This document shows, piece after piece, positions 32,636 through 33,969 of a stretch of DNA of 33,969 bases. The stretch is from positions 1 to 33,969 of the IMG/VR virus record IMGVR_UViG_3300035676_000528; one strand, written 5' to 3'. Under the pieces are notes generated by a model that searched no databases, was not told the origin of the DNA, and worked only from the letters and a program-made list of their open reading frames with translations. The position numbers and the translations under genes are program-made. The stretch comes from a virus. Taxonomy: Duplodnaviria > Caudoviricetes. Each line of letters opens with the position of its first letter. The stretch's first letter is position 1.

Positions 32636-33630
32636 TTGCCCTTACCCCTCTTCCCCCTTGTTCCGCTATATGCGAATCCGAACTGCCCCCGCACATCGCT
32701 GGCGAATGATGCAGCCAGGAGCTTCTTGTTCTGCCAGAGAGCTGGCCTCATGAAGGGCTGGGCAGCTCCGTGCTTATGCGTTCCGAATTCGACGTAGCGG
32801 GCATAGCGGATATTGGCTGTGACAGAACCGGTGACGGTATTTCCAACCACCTTGGTATCGTCTGGGGCGATGCTTCTCTTGAGCCTTCCCCCAAGCTGGG
32901 GCATAGCCGATACGCCAGCCACGAGGGCGCTCATGCTTCCCGGCTTCGTCCCCGGCTTCGTATTGTTCTTCTCTCCTGCGGCAAACACATCCACGCCATG
33001 AGTAAGATCGGCCTTACCGCGTGCCGTGAGCTGTTCCCAGGCGTCGAACTGGAGGTAACTTCCACTCCGTCGCTCTTCATAGGCCTCGCGCTCAGGACCC
33101 CTCGTTACGCCCCTTGTGACACCCCCGCCAAGCTCCAGCAGCGGGCCGACGGCGTTCTTCCCGGCGAGAGACCAACCTGAACGACGGGTATCGATGGCCT
33201 TCGTCTCGGTCGGGCGGAAGGCCCTGATCTGAACTTTGCTGGCACTCCCGGCCGTCACGACGCGGAACCTGGGTCTGGCGGGGATCTTGCGAGCGGGTCG
33301 GCCTTCACGCTTGGCCGTCACTGCCTCACGGAGCTGGTGATATCGCTGGCTCCGTGATCTGTACAGCACGTCTCCGCCGCCACCAAAGTATTCGGAGTAG
33401 GCCTTGCTGACATCCTTTACTGAGCCGGCATGCTCGAAGACGGTGACCCAGCGCTCCCTGCGTCGCCCCTGGTGGAAGCTCTTCCTGATCGGCGCCCGGT
33501 TCTTGGCATCAGCCGCGACCTTGTTCAACCATGTCCTCATGGCTGAATCGGCTGCATCCTGCATCATCTTGTAGATGCCGCTCTCGTCGATCGGCGTTAT
33601 CTGGACGACGAACTTGGCAGCGGTAGTCAT
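32632..33630 (-). CDS. HK97 gp10-like tail component with a large basic insertion (332 aa)
   Basis: ATGA-coupled start at 33630. AK..API, then G.LKRSI, YARYVEFGT and AQPFMRPAL. Confidence 0.85.
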   Translation of the reverse strand: MTTAAKFVVQITPIDESGIYKMMQDAADSAMRTWLNKVAADAKNRAPIRKSFHQGRRRERWVTVFEHAGSVKDVSKAYSEYFGGGGDVLYRSRSQRYHQLREAVTAKREGRPARKIPARPRFRVVTAGSASKVQIRAFRPTETKAIDTRRSGWSLAGKNAVGPLLELGGGVTRGVTRGPEREAYEERRSGSYLQFDAWEQLTARGKADLTHGVDVFAAGEKNNTKPGTKPGSMSALVAGVSAMPQLGGRLKRSIAPDDTKVVGNTVTGSVTANIRYARYVEFGTHKHGAAQPFMRPALWQNKKLLAASFASDVRGQFGFAYSGTRGKRGKGK

Positions 33631-33968
33631 TCGAGCCTCCGCAGGCTGCACCGCAGCAGCGGAAGCCAGGTTGACTCGTCGATCGTGTCAATGACGAGGA
33701 AGAAATTGCCAGAGATCTTGAGCTTGTCGCCTGGCGAGACCGCAGACCCGACGGGGATGAAGAGCCGGTAGAGGTTCAGCGTCCCGATCACTCCACCCTC
33801 GACGGAGGCGGAACTGGTCGGGGTGCTGTAGATCCAGCCCTTGATCGTCTCGCGGTAGGTCCAGGTCTCGACATCGTCCTCGTAGGCGTTGTCGGCTGAC
33901 CCCCGCCGCCAGATCTGGACGTCGGTGTTGAAGGCAGACTCCGCCACCTTCCGCATCGCGGTCAGCTG
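33627..33968 (-). CDS. Head-tail adaptor / head closure protein, 5'-truncated
   Basis: Frame is open to the window edge. Beta-rich, with YRLFIPVGSAVSPGDKLKISGNFFLVI; lies upstream of the gp10-like gene. Confidence 0.8.
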   Translation of the reverse strand, partial: QLTAMRKVAESAFNTDVQIWRRGSADNAYEDDVETWTYRETIKGWIYSTPTSSASVEGGVIGTLNLYRLFIPVGSAVSPGDKLKISGNFFLVIDTIDESTWLPLLRCSLRRLE

Positions 33969-33969
33969 T

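Noticed and set aside
32893-33480. Intein in the gp10-like protein
   Set aside because: It lacks intein block motifs, a terminal His-Asn and LAGLIDADG motifs.

Overview
GC-rich fragment of a tailed dsDNA phage or prophage with siphovirus-type gene content, standard genetic code, and two convergent arms. The + arm (1-12818) is a tightly coupled early/middle operon with many ATGA/GTGA overlaps. It encodes an HExxH-peptidase/VWA (CobT-like) protein, a RadC/JAB protein, a Cas4/RecB-like nuclease, SSB, a probable single-strand annealing protein, several zinc-finger proteins, two HNH-type ORFs, RusA, a SLOG protein and a sigma-region-4-like regulator. The - arm (33969-12922) is a late operon: head-tail adaptor, HK97 gp10-like protein, tail terminator, tail tube plus a probable paralog, a tail chaperone with a -1 frameshift, a 2509-aa tape measure, large tail-tip proteins and a lysis cassette. 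The arms meet at a terminator near 12.85 kb. Two things stand out. First, a roughly 420-nt densely base-paired element with a pseudoknot or switch (9454-9880) lies directly behind a protein with three U1/matrin-type zinc fingers plus an HTH, suggesting an RNA-protein regulatory system. Second, the lysis cassette has a papain-family cysteine protease in the endolysin slot, and no peptidoglycan hydrolase is recognisable in the window. Also notable are a fully overlapped HNH-like ORF, duplicated tail-hub and tube genes, and a gp10 protein with an insertion of about 195 aa. All calls come from reading motifs by eye; no database searches were run and the host is unknown.
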